DNA of 64,000 nucleotides from Escherichia coli (GTDB taxonomy: Bacteria; Pseudomonadota; Gammaproteobacteria; Enterobacterales; Enterobacteriaceae), in assembly GCF_003334405.1 (NCBI RefSeq), contig NZ_QOWM01000002.1. One strand, given 5' to 3'. Each line of letters begins with the position of its first letter. Position 1 is the first letter of the stretch. The notes below the pieces were generated by a model. It was not told the origin of the DNA and made no database searches. It saw only the letters and a list, made by a program, of their open reading frames with translations. Shown piece by piece: positions 1 to 14,447 of this stretch. Position numbers and translations under genes: made by a program.

Positions 1-1
1 T

Positions 2-1285
<1,284 letters not shown>

Positions 1286-1330
1286 TAATTTCACTATTTT
1301 CAGAAGGATAATTAATCTTTCTACGTGCAC

Positions 1331-1385
1331 GAACGGTCCCCTCGCCCCTTTGGGGTGAGGGTTAGGGTGAGGGGAACCCGTTGGC
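1331..1385. repeat. GC-rich imperfect palindromic intergenic repeat (cccctcgcccc...ggggtgagggttagggtgagggg), possibly Box C-like
   Basis: Read directly between the convergent tldD and aaeR genes. A related copy lies at 19190-19224. Assignment to a named repeat class is unsure. Confidence 0.5.
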
Positions 1386-1418
1386 ACAGGTTTGTACAAC
1401 GTAACAGTACAATATGAA

Positions 1419-2348
1419 TTACTTCTCTTTCCCGCGCCCGTGCATCTCCTGAAACAATTTACCGACCTCAACAAAATAATCCGTCAGCGAGTTGATCACG
1501 ACCTGTACCTTCAGCGGCAGCTTATCTTTTTCGGTATATAACGCATAAACCGGGCGTGGATCTGACTGGTAACGCGGCAGCAGGATCTCCAGCTCCCCAC
1601 GATTGATCTCGTTGATCACCCACATCAGCGGCACGTAGGCGATCCCGGCACCCGCCGTCAGCCAGCGCACCAGCGTCATCGGATCATTAGTCACAAATCT
1701 TCCTTGTGGGATCAGGCGAGTCGAGATCCCTTCCGGTGCGATCAGTTCAAATTCATTGTCGGGCCGCACGCTGTATTCAAGCCATGAATGACTACTCAAA
1801 TCGGCGGGTTTTTCCGGTATGCCGTATTGTGTGAGATAGCTTTTCGCGGCGCACACCACCATTGGCATCGCGCCCAGACGGCGGGAAAACAGGCTGGAAT
1901 CCTGCAACGCGCCGACGCGGATCACCACATCCAGACCGTCGGCAATCAGGTCGGGGGCTGGAATTCCGGTAACCAGATTGACGCTCAAACCTGGGTATTC
2001 TTTCAGCATTTTGGCTGTCAGCCCGGCGAGAACATTTTGTGCCATAGTTGAAGAACAGCCAATGCGTAGCGTCCCGATGGGGGTGTTATTGAAGGCATAC
2101 AGTTGCTCATGAACATCCTGCACTTCATGAAGCATACGACGGCAGCCCTGGTAGTAAATTCTACCGGCTTCGGTCAGGCCAATGCTGCGTGTGCTACGGT
2201 TTAACAGCTTTACCTGCAACTCATCTTCCAGTTTTGATACCGTCTGACTGATGGACGAAACGCTCATCTGTAGCTGTCTGGCGGCGGCGGTAAAAGAGCC
2301 AAATTCAACTACTTTGGCAAACACCGACATGCGTTTTAGTCGTTCCAT
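1419..2348 (-). CDS. aaeR: LysR-family activator of aaeXAB
   Basis: 309 aa ORF with an N-terminal LysR HTH (MERLKRMSVFAKVVEFGSFTAAARQL...). It is divergent from aaeXAB. Confidence 0.95.
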   Translation of the reverse strand: MERLKRMSVFAKVVEFGSFTAAARQLQMSVSSISQTVSKLEDELQVKLLNRSTRSIGLTEAGRIYYQGCRRMLHEVQDVHEQLYAFNNTPIGTLRIGCSSTMAQNVLAGLTAKMLKEYPGLSVNLVTGIPAPDLIADGLDVVIRVGALQDSSLFSRRLGAMPMVVCAAKSYLTQYGIPEKPADLSSHSWLEYSVRPDNEFELIAPEGISTRLIPQGRFVTNDPMTLVRWLTAGAGIAYVPLMWVINEINRGELEILLPRYQSDPRPVYALYTEKDKLPLKVQVVINSLTDYFVEVGKLFQEMHGRGKEK

Positions 2349-2530
2349 TATTCACTCTGACTTAAAAGTGATTTAGATCACATAATATAGATAACAGCAT
2401 AACAGTTACGCTAATATATTAAATATCAATCTACAGCAATGTTGCTCTCGCCCGGCTTTCCATGCCCTTCTCTGCGGCGACAGATGCTGAAAATAATAAC
2501 GCCTGCTCTCTCTTTACAACCAAGGTCAAC

Positions 2531-2734
2531 ATGAGTCTGTTTCCCGTTATCGTGGTGTTTGGGCTGTCCTTCCCACCGATATTTTTTGAATTGCTTTTAT
2601 CACTGGCGATTTTCTGGCTGGTGCGCCGGGTACTTGTGCCAACAGGTATCTACGACTTTGTCTGGCATCCGGCGTTGTTCAACACCGCGCTCTATTGCTG
2701 CTTGTTTTATTTGATATCGCGACTGTTCGTTTGA
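2531..2734 (+). CDS. aaeX: Small membrane protein AaeX
   Basis: 67 aa starting at [12 protein letters not shown]. The ORF-track start at 2462 is an upstream extension. Confidence 0.85.
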
Positions 2735-2741
2735 GGTTGAA

Positions 2742-3674
2742 GTGAAAACACTAATAAGAAAATTCTCCCGTACGGCCATCACGGTCGTATTAGTCATTCT
2801 GGCCTTCATCGCAATTTTTAATGCCTGGGTCTATTACACCGAATCCCCCTGGACGCGTGACGCGCGCTTTAGCGCTGACGTCGTTGCGATCGCGCCGGAC
2901 GTTTCTGGACTCATTACCCAGGTGAATGTTCATGATAACCAGCTGGTGAAAAAAGGACAGATACTGTTCACCATCGACCAGCCGCGCTATCAAAAGGCGC
3001 TTGAGGAAGCGCAAGCCGATGTTGCTTATTATCAGGTACTGGCACAGGAGAAACGCCAGGAGGCCGGACGTCGTAACCGTCTCGGTGTGCAGGCGATGTC
3101 TCGCGAAGAGATCGACCAGGCCAACAACGTACTACAAACGGTTCTGCATCAGTTAGCGAAAGCGCAGGCGACCCGCGATCTGGCAAAACTGGATCTTGAA
3201 CGCACGGTGATCCGCGCGCCAGCAGATGGCTGGGTGACCAACCTCAACGTCTATACCGGTGAGTTTATTACTCGAGGATCAACGGCGGTTGCGCTGGTGA
3301 AACAGAACTCCTTCTATGTACTGGCCTATATGGAAGAAACTAAGCTGGAAGGGGTGCGTCCGGGGTATCGTGCAGAGATCACGCCGCTTGGCAGTAACAA
3401 AGTGCTGAAAGGGACTGTTGATAGTGTTGCCGCAGGGGTCACCAACGCCAGCAGCACGCGTGACGACAAAGGGATGGCGACTATAGACTCTAACCTTGAA
3501 TGGGTGCGTCTTGCGCAACGTGTTCCGGTTCGTATTCGTCTCGACAACCAGCAAGAGAACATCTGGCCTGCGGGCACCACTGCTACAGTGGTGGTCACTG
3601 GCAAACAAGATCGCGACGAAAGCCAGGATTCGTTCTTCCGTAAAATGGCCCATCGCCTGCGTGAGTTTGGTTAA
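2742..3674 (+). CDS. aaeA: p-Hydroxybenzoic acid efflux pump, membrane-fusion subunit AaeA
   Basis: 310 aa with a GTG start and an HlyD/MFP-like sequence. It lies immediately upstream of aaeB. Confidence 0.93.
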
Positions 3675-3679
3675 TCACG

Positions 3680-5647
3680 ATGGGTATTTTCTCCATTGCT
3701 AACCAACATATTCGCTTTGCGGTAAAACTGGCGACCGCCATTGTACTGGCGCTGTTTGTTGGCTTTCACTTCCAGCTGGAAACGCCACGCTGGGCGGTAC
3801 TGACAGCGGCGATTGTTGCCGCCGGTCCGGCCTTTGCTGCGGGAGGTGAACCGTATTCTGGCGCTATTCGCTATCGTGGCTTTTTGCGCATCATCGGCAC
3901 ATTTATTGGCTGTATTGCCGGACTGGTGATCATCATTGCGATGATCCGCGCACCATTATTGATGATTCTGGTGTGCTGTATCTGGGCCGGTTTTTGTACC
4001 TGGATATCCTCGCTGGTACGAATAGAAAACTCGTATGCGTGGGGGCTGGCCGGTTATACCGCGCTGATCATTGTGATCACCATTCAGCCGGAACCATTGC
4101 TTACGCCGCAGTTTGCCGTCGAACGTTGTAGCGAGATCGTTATCGGTATTGTGTGTGCGATTATGGCGGATTTGCTCTTTTCTCCGCGATCGATCAAACA
4201 AGAAGTGGATCGAGAGCTGGAAAGTTTGCTGGTCGCGCAATATCAATTAATGCAACTCTGTATCAAGCATGGCGATGGTGAAGTTGTCGATAAAGCCTGG
4301 GGCGACCTGGTGCGACGCACCACGGCGCTACAAGGCATGCGCAGCAACCTGAATATGGAATCTTCCCGCTGGGCGCGGGCCAATCGACGTTTAAAAGCGA
4401 TCAATACGCTATCGCTGACGCTGATTACCCAATCCTGCGAAACTTATCTTATTCAGAATACGCGCCCGGAATTGATCACTGATACTTTCCGCGAATTTTT
4501 TGACACGCCGGTAGAAACCGCGCAGGACGTCCACAAGCAGCTCAAACGCCTGCGGAGAGTTATCGCCTGGACCGGGGAACGGGAAACGCCTGTCACCATT
4601 TATAGCTGGGTCGCGGCGGCAACGCGTTATCAGCTTCTCAAGCGCGGCGTTATCAGTAACACAAAAATCAACGCCACCGAAGAAGAGATCCTGCAAGGCG
4701 AACCGGAAGTAAAAGTAGAGTCAGCCGAACGTCATCATGCAATGGTTAACTTCTGGCGAACCACACTTTCCTGCATTCTGGGCACGCTTTTCTGGCTGTG
4801 GACGGGCTGGACTTCCGGCAGTGGTGCAATGGTGATGATTGCGGTAGTGACGTCACTGGCAATGCGTTTGCCGAATCCACGCATGGTGGCGATCGACTTT
4901 ATCTACGGGACGCTGGCCGCGCTGCCGTTAGGGCTGCTCTACTTTTTGGTGATTATCCCTAATACCCAACAGAGCATGTTGCTGCTGTGCATTAGCCTGG
5001 CAGTGCTGGGATTCTTCCTCGGTATAGAAGTACAGAAACGGCGACTGGGCTCGATGGGGGCACTGGCCAGCACCATAAATATTATCGTGCTGGATAACCC
5101 GATGACTTTCCATTTCAGTCAGTTTCTCGACAGCGCATTAGGGCAAATCGTCGGCTGTGTGCTCGCGTTCACCGTTATTTTGCTGGTGCGGGATAAATCG
5201 CGCGACAGGACCGGACGTGTACTGCTTAATCAGTTTGTTTCTGCCGCTGTTTCCGCGATGACTACCAATGTGGCACGTCGTAAAGAGAACCACCTCCCGG
5301 CACTTTATCAGCAGCTGTTTTTGCTGATGAATAAGTTCCCAGGGGATTTGCCGAAATTTCGCCTGGCGCTGACGATGATTATCGCGCACCAGCGCCTGCG
5401 TGATGCACCGATCCCGGTTAACGAGGATTTATCGGCGTTTCACCGACAAATGCGCCGCACAGCAGACCATGTGATATCTGCCCGTAGCGATGATAAACGT
5501 CGTCGGTACTTTGGCCAGTTGCTGGAAGAACTGGAAATCTACCAGGAAAAGCTACGCATCTGGCAAGCGCCACCGCAGGTGACGGAACCGGTAAATCGGC
5601 TGGCGGGGATGCTCCATAAGTATCAACATGCGTTGACCGATAGTTAA
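3680..5647 (+). CDS. aaeB: p-Hydroxybenzoic acid efflux pump subunit AaeB
   Basis: 655 aa polytopic membrane protein that matches AaeB as recalled. Confidence 0.95.
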   Translation: MGIFSIANQHIRFAVKLATAIVLALFVGFHFQLETPRWAVLTAAIVAAGPAFAAGGEPYSGAIRYRGFLRIIGTFIGCIAGLVIIIAMIRAPLLMILVCCIWAGFCTWISSLVRIENSYAWGLAGYTALIIVITIQPEPLLTPQFAVERCSEIVIGIVCAIMADLLFSPRSIKQEVDRELESLLVAQYQLMQLCIKHGDGEVVDKAWGDLVRRTTALQGMRSNLNMESSRWARANRRLKAINTLSLTLITQSCETYLIQNTRPELITDTFREFFDTPVETAQDVHKQLKRLRRVIAWTGERETPVTIYSWVAAATRYQLLKRGVISNTKINATEEEILQGEPEVKVESAERHHAMVNFWRTTLSCILGTLFWLWTGWTSGSGAMVMIAVVTSLAMRLPNPRMVAIDFIYGTLAALPLGLLYFLVIIPNTQQSMLLLCISLAVLGFFLGIEVQKRRLGSMGALASTINIIVLDNPMTFHFSQFLDSALGQIVGCVLAFTVILLVRDKSRDRTGRVLLNQFVSAAVSAMTTNVARRKENHLPALYQQLFLLMNKFPGDLPKFRLALTMIIAHQRLRDAPIPVNEDLSAFHRQMRRTADHVISARSDDKRRRYFGQLLEELEIYQEKLRIWQAPPQVTEPVNRLAGMLHKYQHALTDS

Positions 5648-5650
5648 GTC

Positions 5651-5679
5651 AAAACCGACGCCAAAAGCGTCGGTTTTTT
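5651..5679 (+). terminator. Rho-independent terminator after aaeB
   Basis: Stem aaaaccgacgc/gcgtcggtttt followed by a T-run. Confidence 0.8.
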
Positions 5680-5738
5680 CATGGCTATACTTAGCGATGC
5701 ACGGCAGAACTCGCCGCGAAACGTGACGGTGGCAACAG

Positions 5739-6011
5739 ATGAATATTTATACCTTTGATTTTGATGAGATTGAGAGTCAGGAGGATTTTTATCGTGACTT
5801 TAGCCAAACCTTTGGTCTGGCGAAAGATAAGGTACGCGATCTCGACTCACTATGGGATGTGTTAATGAACGATGTCCTGCCGCTACCACTTGAGATTGAA
5901 TTTGTTCATCTGGGAGAGAAAACGCGTCGCCGTTTTGGCGCGTTAATATTGCTGTTTGATGAGGCAGAGGAAGAGCTGGAAGGGCATTTGCGTTTTAATG
6001 TTCGTCATTAG
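5739..6011 (+). CDS. yhcO: Barstar-like (ribonuclease inhibitor family) protein YhcO
   Basis: 90 aa [24 protein letters not shown]..., matching YhcO. Confidence 0.9.
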   Translation: MNIYTFDFDEIESQEDFYRDFSQTFGLAKDKVRDLDSLWDVLMNDVLPLPLEIEFVHLGEKTRRRFGALILLFDEAEEELEGHLRFNVRH

Positions 6012-6014
6012 CGC

Positions 6015-6039
6015 AAAAAAAAGCCCCCGAACCGGGGGC
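6015..6039 (-). terminator. Rho-independent terminator of yhcN
   Basis: On the minus strand the hairpin gccccc/gggggc is followed by T8. It lies just downstream of the yhcN stop. Confidence 0.75.
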
Positions 6040-6066
6040 AATATCGTCGGACAAGACGATGAGGGT

Positions 6067-6330
6067 TTATTTGTACAGTTCAGCCGTAGCGTGCCAGGTG
6101 TCACCGCTACGAGCTTCAGTAATCTGGTAGGCCGTTGCGCCTTTCTCTTCCGCTTTTTTGTTCAGCATTTCACGCATATCCATTGGCGAAGACGCCACAC
6201 CACTTACGGATACGGTCCCGATTGCTTCACGATTTTGTGCTTGTGCAGCATCAATGGAGTCGGCAGCGAATGCACCGAAAGAGAGAACAGAAAGTACGCT
6301 TAATGCAGCAACAGTGGTTTTGATTTTCAT
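6067..6330 (-). CDS. yhcN: DUF1471 (YhcN/BhsA family) periplasmic stress protein
   Basis: 87 aa starting at MKIKTTVAALSVLSVLSFGAFA (signal peptide). The ORF-track start at 6381 is an extension. Confidence 0.9.
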   Translation of the reverse strand: MKIKTTVAALSVLSVLSFGAFAADSIDAAQAQNREAIGTVSVSGVASSPMDMREMLNKKAEEKGATAYQITEARSGDTWHATAELYK

Positions 6331-6694
6331 GATTTTTACCTCGACATAATCTTTTAGCTGGGCCTTTGTTTCGTGACCCATATCACAAAATCAAGTATAC
6401 ACTAATTATTGAGCTAATTAATACCGCGCTAACTGTTTCAGTTGATACTAAGTGTTAAAAATGTGAATTTTAATAACAAAAAAGAATTAAAAATACGGTT
6501 ATTTATCGTTAATTCTAGTTTTTTCAATTAGATAATGAATTTTGCATAATGTGCTTTTTTTACCTTATGTATTCATTGTGTGAATGACATGTCGCAGTAA
6601 AACGCACTATTCGTTAAATTAATCGCAGGGGAAAGCAGGGGGTTGAGAGGGATAAGCAACATTTTCCCCGCCGTCAGAAACGACGGGGCAGAGA

Positions 6695-7168
<474 letters not shown>

Positions 7169-7188
7169 TCACCCGATATGGTGGTTGA

Positions 7189-7227
7189 TACAACATTATT
7201 GTGCATACAGATGAATTTTTATGCAAA
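7189..7227 (-). promoter_or_regulatory. Pair of ARG boxes (argR autoregulatory operator)
   Basis: The minus strand reads tTTGCATaaaaATTCAtc, then 3 bp, then tATGCACaataATGTTgt. These are two 18-mers 3 bp apart, and the first is a close match to TGAAT-wwww-ATTCA. They lie 24-62 nt upstream of the argR ATG. Confidence 0.6.
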
Positions 7228-7524
7228 CAGTCAGCCCTGAAGAAGGCTGAAATAATGTTATGAAAGAGCGGGATTTTATCAAATTTCGTTATTGAGAAAC
7301 ATGCCTGCGTCACGGCATGCAAATTCTGCTTAAAAGTAAATTAATTGTTATCAAATTGATGTTGTTTTGGCTGAACGGTAGGGTATATTGTCACCACCTG
7401 TTGGAATGTTGCGCTAATGCATAAGCGACTGTTAATTACGTAAGTTAGGTTCCTGATTACGGCAATTAAATGCATAAACGCTAAACTTGCGTGACTACAC
7501 ATTCTTGAGATGTGGTCATTGTAA

Positions 7525-8538
<1,014 letters not shown>

Positions 8539-8554
8539 TTGATTAGCGGATAAT

Positions 8555-8587
8555 AAAAAACCGGAGCACAGACTCCGGTTTTTTGTT
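8555..8587. terminator. Bidirectional rho-independent terminator between mdh and degS
   Basis: aaaaaa-ccggag-cacaga-ctccgg-tttttt, a stem flanked by A- and T-runs. Confidence 0.85.
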
Positions 8588-8600
8588 TTGAGCGCACGAC

Positions 8601-9668
8601 TTAATTGGTTGCCGGATATTCCTGAATGGTGACCTGCAGCGTTAACTGCTTATCATCACGCATCACTACTACAGGGATCACCGAACCAGGGCGAATTTCC
8701 GCCACCTGATCCATCGTCTCCAGAGCAGAGATGGCCGGTTTGTTATCCACCGAAATAATCAGATCGTTGACCTGAATACCCGCATTCGCCGCCGGGCCGT
8801 CAGGTGACACTTCATTAACCACGATCCCTTGCAGTTGATCTATACCACCGCCCTGCGCGTGCAGTGGTGCGATCTCACGTCCGCCGATACCAATGTAGCC
8901 GCGGATCACGCGACCATCGCGGATCAGCTTATCCATAATTTTGGTTGCTAACTGGAAAGGAATCGCAAAGCCGATACCTTCCGGCGTTTCGCCATCGTTA
9001 CTCTTATCAAACGACAGCGTATTAATGCCCATCAGTTCGCCCAGCGAGTTCACCAGCGCGCCGCCAGAGTTACCGTGGTTAATGGAAGCATCGGTTTGGA
9101 GGAAGTTTTGCCGCCCGGTCGGGTTCAGACCGATTCGACCCGTGGCACTAATAATCCCCTGGGTAATGGTCTGCCCGAGGTTGTACGGGTTACCGATCGC
9201 CAGTACTACGTCGCCAATGTGCGGTACGCGACGTGCATTAATTGGAATGGTAGGTAAACCGCCAGTGGCATTAATTTTAAGTACCGCCAGATCGGTTAGA
9301 GAGTCAGATCCCACCAGCAATGCTTCAAATACACGTCCATCCTGTAAGGCGACGATGATCTGATCGGCGTCGTTGATGACGTGTTTATTGGTGATGATAT
9401 AACCGCGTTGATCCATGATTACACCGGATCCCAGGGTGCGGATCTCAAGCTGGTTGTGAGAGTTGGTGTTCAAACCACGGTTGTAAACGTTAACCACCGC
9501 TGGCGCGGCGCGGCGAACCGCCAGATTATAGCTGGCAGGCGTCTCATCGGTACTGTCAAATTGCGGAGTGGAAAGCGGGTTAAGGCTGCGCAGCGAAGGC
9601 ATGGCAACCAGCAGAATAGCGCCGACAATTAATCCAATCGCAACGGAACGTAAGAGCTTCACAAACAT
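8601..9668 (-). CDS. degS: Site-1 protease of the sigma-E envelope stress response
   Basis: 355 aa HtrA-family protease with a single PDZ domain. Confidence 0.96.
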   Translation of the reverse strand: MFVKLLRSVAIGLIVGAILLVAMPSLRSLNPLSTPQFDSTDETPASYNLAVRRAAPAVVNVYNRGLNTNSHNQLEIRTLGSGVIMDQRGYIITNKHVINDADQIIVALQDGRVFEALLVGSDSLTDLAVLKINATGGLPTIPINARRVPHIGDVVLAIGNPYNLGQTITQGIISATGRIGLNPTGRQNFLQTDASINHGNSGGALVNSLGELMGINTLSFDKSNDGETPEGIGFAIPFQLATKIMDKLIRDGRVIRGYIGIGGREIAPLHAQGGGIDQLQGIVVNEVSPDGPAANAGIQVNDLIISVDNKPAISALETMDQVAEIRPGSVIPVVVMRDDKQLTLQVTIQEYPATN

Positions 9669-9757
9669 GATGGAGGCGTCATTAAAAAAGGGAACGGCAG
9701 CAGCATACCACGAGTTAACCGGACATCACACGTAAGCCTGATGCCCGGTTTACGACA

Positions 9758-11125
9758 TTAACGCATCAGCAGATAGATGCTTTCATTGCCGCGTACAATT
9801 TGCAGGGCGATGATGGCCGGTTTTGCCGCCAGCACTTTACGCATTTCAGCAATCGAGTTCACCCGATCGCGGTTGACGCCAATGATCACATCGTCTTTTT
9901 GCAAGCCAGCCTGAGCAGCTGGGCTTCCTTTGACAACTTCATCGATTTTAATACCTTTGCCGCCATCTTTTAGCTGACCATCGCTCAACGTTGCACCTTC
10001 CAGCGCTGGCGTGATCATTTCAGCGCTGGCCGACGAAGAGGTGCTGGTATCGAGCGTCACTTCTACTTCCAGTGGTTTGCCGTTACGCAGCAGGCCAAGC
10101 TTCACTTTCGTGCCCGGCTCGGTGGTCGCGATACGAGAGCGCAACTCAGCAAAGCTATTCAGCGGTTTGCCGTTGAGGCTGGTAATAATATCGCCCGCTT
10201 TGACGCCCGCTTTTGCCGAGCCAGAACCTGGCAACACTTCGCTGACAAACGCGCCACGCTGCACGTCAAGGTTGAAGGCTTTGGCGATATCGGCACTCAT
10301 CTCGGTGCCTTTGATGCCTAACAAACCGCGTTTGATTTCACCAAAGTCGATAAGCTGCTGCGCCAGTGTTCGCGCCATATTACTGGGGATGGCAAATCCA
10401 ATCCCGACGCTCCCGCCGCCAAGCGCAAGGATTGCAGTGTTGATGCCAATTAACTCACCGTTAAGGTTTAATAGTGCACCGCCGGAGTTACCGCGGTTAA
10501 TGGAAGCATCTGTCTGGATAAAGTTTTCCAGACCTTCAAGATTCAACCCGCTGCGGCCTAATGCGGAAACAATGCCAGAGGTGGCGGTTTGCCCAAGGCC
10601 AAATGGGTTACCGACCGCTACGGCAAAATCACCGACGCGCAATTTATCGGAGTCGGCAATAGCGATTTGCGTTAATTTGCTCGGGTTTTGAATTTGTAAC
10701 AGGGCGATATCGCTCTGGTCATCGCTACCAATCAGTTTTGCATCAAACTCGCGCCCATCATTGAGCTGAATACTGATTTTCTGTGCCTGATTAATCACAT
10801 GGTTGTTGGTCAGCACATAGCCTTTACTGGCGTTGATGATGACACCGGAGCCTAAACCTTCGAAGGGTTGTGCAGGTTGATCCGGTAAATCATCACCAAA
10901 AAACTTTTTGAATTCTTCCGGGATTTTCTGTCCCTGACTGGCCGTTCCTTCCACCCGTACGCTCACCACTGCCGGAAGCACTTTTTCCAGCATTGGAGCC
11001 AGACTGGGGAGAGGGGCCTGATCGGCAACCTGGCCTGGAATCGACGCGACGGCCTGAAATGACGCCGAGAGAGTTAACCCGACACTTAACGCTAATGCAC
11101 TCAACAGCTGGGTTTGTTTTTTCAT
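9758..11125 (-). CDS. degQ: Periplasmic serine endoprotease DegQ
   Basis: 455 aa starting at MKKQTQLLSALALSVGLTLSASFQAVA. HtrA family with two PDZ domains. The ORF-track start at 11167 is an extension. Confidence 0.95.
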   Translation of the reverse strand: MKKQTQLLSALALSVGLTLSASFQAVASIPGQVADQAPLPSLAPMLEKVLPAVVSVRVEGTASQGQKIPEEFKKFFGDDLPDQPAQPFEGLGSGVIINASKGYVLTNNHVINQAQKISIQLNDGREFDAKLIGSDDQSDIALLQIQNPSKLTQIAIADSDKLRVGDFAVAVGNPFGLGQTATSGIVSALGRSGLNLEGLENFIQTDASINRGNSGGALLNLNGELIGINTAILALGGGSVGIGFAIPSNMARTLAQQLIDFGEIKRGLLGIKGTEMSADIAKAFNLDVQRGAFVSEVLPGSGSAKAGVKAGDIITSLNGKPLNSFAELRSRIATTEPGTKVKLGLLRNGKPLEVEVTLDTSTSSSASAEMITPALEGATLSDGQLKDGGKGIKIDEVVKGSPAAQAGLQKDDVIIGVNRDRVNSIAEMRKVLAAKPAIIALQIVRGNESIYLLMR

Positions 11126-11278
11126 TATTCCTGCTCTCGTACCTGAATGATAAGAAAAGAGATTCAAAACAGTTTGATGTTATTGAATTTTCAGACGGCT
11201 AACAATGAGACACCAGATTAAATGATAGTCGGGGAGGGAGAGAAGAGGAGGGCGCAATGGCTGCGCCCGAAAAATAAA

Positions 11279-11677
11279 TTAGTCGCGCTTCGCGCCAGTA
11301 CGCAGCAGGCCGGATGCGCCTTCAGAATAGTCGCGAGGCATCTGCACCGGTGCCTGATCGTTGCTGGCTTCAGACTCTGCCAGACGATTACGGAACGGGT
11401 TTGCTTCAGCAGACAGTTCCGGCAGCAGGCTGCTGGAGCTTTTTGCCATGTGCTGATACAGCTGGCGATAGTCGTGCGCCATGGTATCCAGTAATTCCGC
11501 GCTGCGGGCAAAGTGGCTAACCAGCTCTTCGCGATACTCGTCCAGTTCAGCTTTATTCTTTTCCAGTTCGTACTGCAACGCCTGTTGCTGGCGTAGTTTA
11601 CGATTACCAAAACGCATGGCCACAGCACCAATAATGATGCCGACGACTAACCCAATTAGCGCATATTCCCAGGTCAT
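11279..11677 (-). CDS. zapG: Z-ring associated / envelope biogenesis protein ZapG (YhcB)
   Basis: 132 aa starting at MTWEYALIGLVVGIIIG, with the SD GGGAG 6 nt upstream of this ATG. Confidence 0.9.
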   Translation of the reverse strand: MTWEYALIGLVVGIIIGAVAMRFGNRKLRQQQALQYELEKNKAELDEYREELVSHFARSAELLDTMAHDYRQLYQHMAKSSSSLLPELSAEANPFRNRLAESEASNDQAPVQMPRDYSEGASGLLRTGAKRD

Positions 11678-11870
11678 GAACATCTCCCGTTGTCTTTTGT
11701 TTCCGTAGGGTGTTGGCTTCAGGCTCCATGCCTGCGGCTGATTATGCCACTATAACCGTTAATTCCACAGAAGTGGAATCCCGACTGCATATCGCGTAGT
11801 GTAGAACGGCCTTTTTTTCGTCAACCGTGAACAACGGCGTACCGATTATTCAAGGAATAACAATAAGATC

Positions 11871-12998
11871 ATGCAAAGCGTTACCCCAACATCGCAATAC
11901 CTGAAGGCGCTTAATGAAGGCAGCCATCAACCCGACGACGTTCAAAAAGAGGCCGTCAGCCGCCTGGAAATTATTTATCAGGAACTCATCAATAGCACGC
12001 CACCAGCCCCCAGGACGAGTGGGCTAATGGCGCGGGTCGGTAAGCTGTGGGGTAAACGCGAAGACACAAAGCATACGCCAGTGCGTGGCTTATATATGTG
12101 GGGCGGTGTAGGACGCGGGAAAACCTGGCTGATGGACCTTTTCTATCAAAGCCTGCCGGGAGAGCGGAAACAGCGCCTGCACTTTCACCGTTTTATGCTG
12201 CGGGTGCATGAAGAGCTAACTGCCTTACAGGGGCAGACCGATCCGCTGGAAATTATTGCCGATCGCTTTAAAGCCGAAACTGACGTGCTCTGTTTTGACG
12301 AATTTTTTGTTTCTGATATTACCGATGCCATGCTACTTGGCGGTCTGATGAAAGCCCTGTTCGCTCGCGGTATTACCCTGGTAGCGACGTCAAATATTCC
12401 GCCGGATGAACTTTATCGAAATGGCCTGCAACGTGCGCGTTTTCTGCCTGCAATCGATGCCATTAAACAGCATTGTGATGTAATGAACGTGGACGCTGGT
12501 GTTGATTATCGTCTGCGTACACTCACTCAGGCGCATCTGTGGCTTTCGCCACTTCACGATGAAACCCGGGCGCAAATGGATAAACTATGGTTGGCGCTGG
12601 CGGGGGGGAAACGAGAAAATTCACCGACGTTAGAAATCAACCATCGGCCATTAGCAACAATGGGCGTCGAGAACCAGACGCTGGCGGTCTCTTTTACTAC
12701 GCTGTGCGTCGACGCCCGCAGTCAGCATGACTATATTGCGCTCTCACGTCTCTTTCATACGGTCATGTTGTTTGATGTACCAGTTATGACGCGGTTGATG
12801 GAGAGCGAAGCGCGGCGCTTTATTGCGCTGGTGGATGAGTTTTACGAGCGCCATGTCAAATTAGTGGTGAGTGCAGAAGTGCCGCTGTATGAAATTTATC
12901 AGGGCGATCGGCTGAAGTTTGAGTTCCAGCGTTGCCTGTCACGTCTGCAAGAGATGCAAAGCGAAGAGTATCTGAAGCGCGAGCATTTGGCGGGTTAA
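11871..12998 (+). CDS. zapE: AFG1-like cell-division ATPase ZapE (YhcM)
   Basis: 375 aa with the Walker A motif GGVGRGKT. Confidence 0.93.
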   Translation: MQSVTPTSQYLKALNEGSHQPDDVQKEAVSRLEIIYQELINSTPPAPRTSGLMARVGKLWGKREDTKHTPVRGLYMWGGVGRGKTWLMDLFYQSLPGERKQRLHFHRFMLRVHEELTALQGQTDPLEIIADRFKAETDVLCFDEFFVSDITDAMLLGGLMKALFARGITLVATSNIPPDELYRNGLQRARFLPAIDAIKQHCDVMNVDAGVDYRLRTLTQAHLWLSPLHDETRAQMDKLWLALAGGKRENSPTLEINHRPLATMGVENQTLAVSFTTLCVDARSQHDYIALSRLFHTVMLFDVPVMTRLMESEARRFIALVDEFYERHVKLVVSAEVPLYEIYQGDRLKFEFQRCLSRLQEMQSEEYLKREHLAG

Positions 12999-13129
12999 AA
13001 CCTGTCACAAATCACAAAAAGGGGTCGATCTTTGACCCCGACTTCTCTATAATCCTGCGACCCCACGTTACAAGAAAGTTTTTTTCCCAAAACTTTTTGT
13101 GTGCTGGCATAGGCTATTCGAAGGGGTAG

Positions 13130-13645
<516 letters not shown>

Positions 13646-13657
13646 TCGGGATTATAG

Positions 13658-14053
<396 letters not shown>

Positions 14054-14085
14054 TTGGCTTCTGCTCCGGCAGAAAACAATTTTCG

Positions 14086-14112
14086 AAAAAACCCGCTTCG
14101 GCGGGTTTTTTT
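14086..14112 (+). terminator. Rho-independent terminator after rpsI
   Basis: aaaaaacccgc-ttcg-gcgggttttttt. Confidence 0.9.
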
Positions 14113-14447
14113 ATAGCTAAAATCTGAATCAGCGTAAAAACTGGAAAGTTGCTTTTTGCTGCCACCTGACAGACAGGTAAAACAAAAACCACATCGCCAA
14201 TAAGGGACTAAGTCAACTATTTCAGACTAAAGCGCATCTCTTTTTCCCCATTTCCGGCATCGACTCACCACAATGGTCGCAAAATCTGGTAAACTATCAT
14301 CCAATTTTCTGCCCAAATGTCGGGTATTGCTCATTTTTTGTTTGATTTTCGAACAAAGAGAGTCGTTCCTTATTGGGTAACACAACTTCTGACTGGCCAC
14401 CTGGTGGCTGGTAGCAGTAAAAATTCTGACTATACCTGGAGGTTTTC

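Noticed and set aside
1382-1397. Sigma-54-like motif TGGCACaggttTGTAc on the plus strand.
   Set aside because: The -12 element is TGTA, not TGCA. It sits between the 3' ends of the convergent tldD and aaeR genes, so there is no downstream gene to transcribe. It also overlaps the GC-rich repeat.
6460-6590. ARG-box-like TGAAT/ATTCA half-sites upstream of yhcN: tgTGAATtttaataa, aaTGAATtttgcataa and ATTCAttgtgTGAAT.
   Set aside because: Only one half-site matches in each case. The spacing is not the 18-mer + 3 bp + 18-mer ARG operator architecture. Such A/T words are expected by chance in this AT-rich region.
10421-10440. DegQ reads ...NTAILALGGGSVGIGFAIP..., whereas I recall Pro (ILAPGGG) in K-12.
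   Set aside because: My recollection of that residue is not reliable enough, and a single substitution may be ordinary strain variation. I cannot evaluate it without an alignment.
13048-13053. Perfect TATAAT followed by a GC-rich discriminator, about 165 nt upstream of rplM.
   Set aside because: There is no acceptable -35 hexamer at 16-18 bp spacing (tcgatc at best) and no TG extension. This is not enough to call a promoter from sequence alone.
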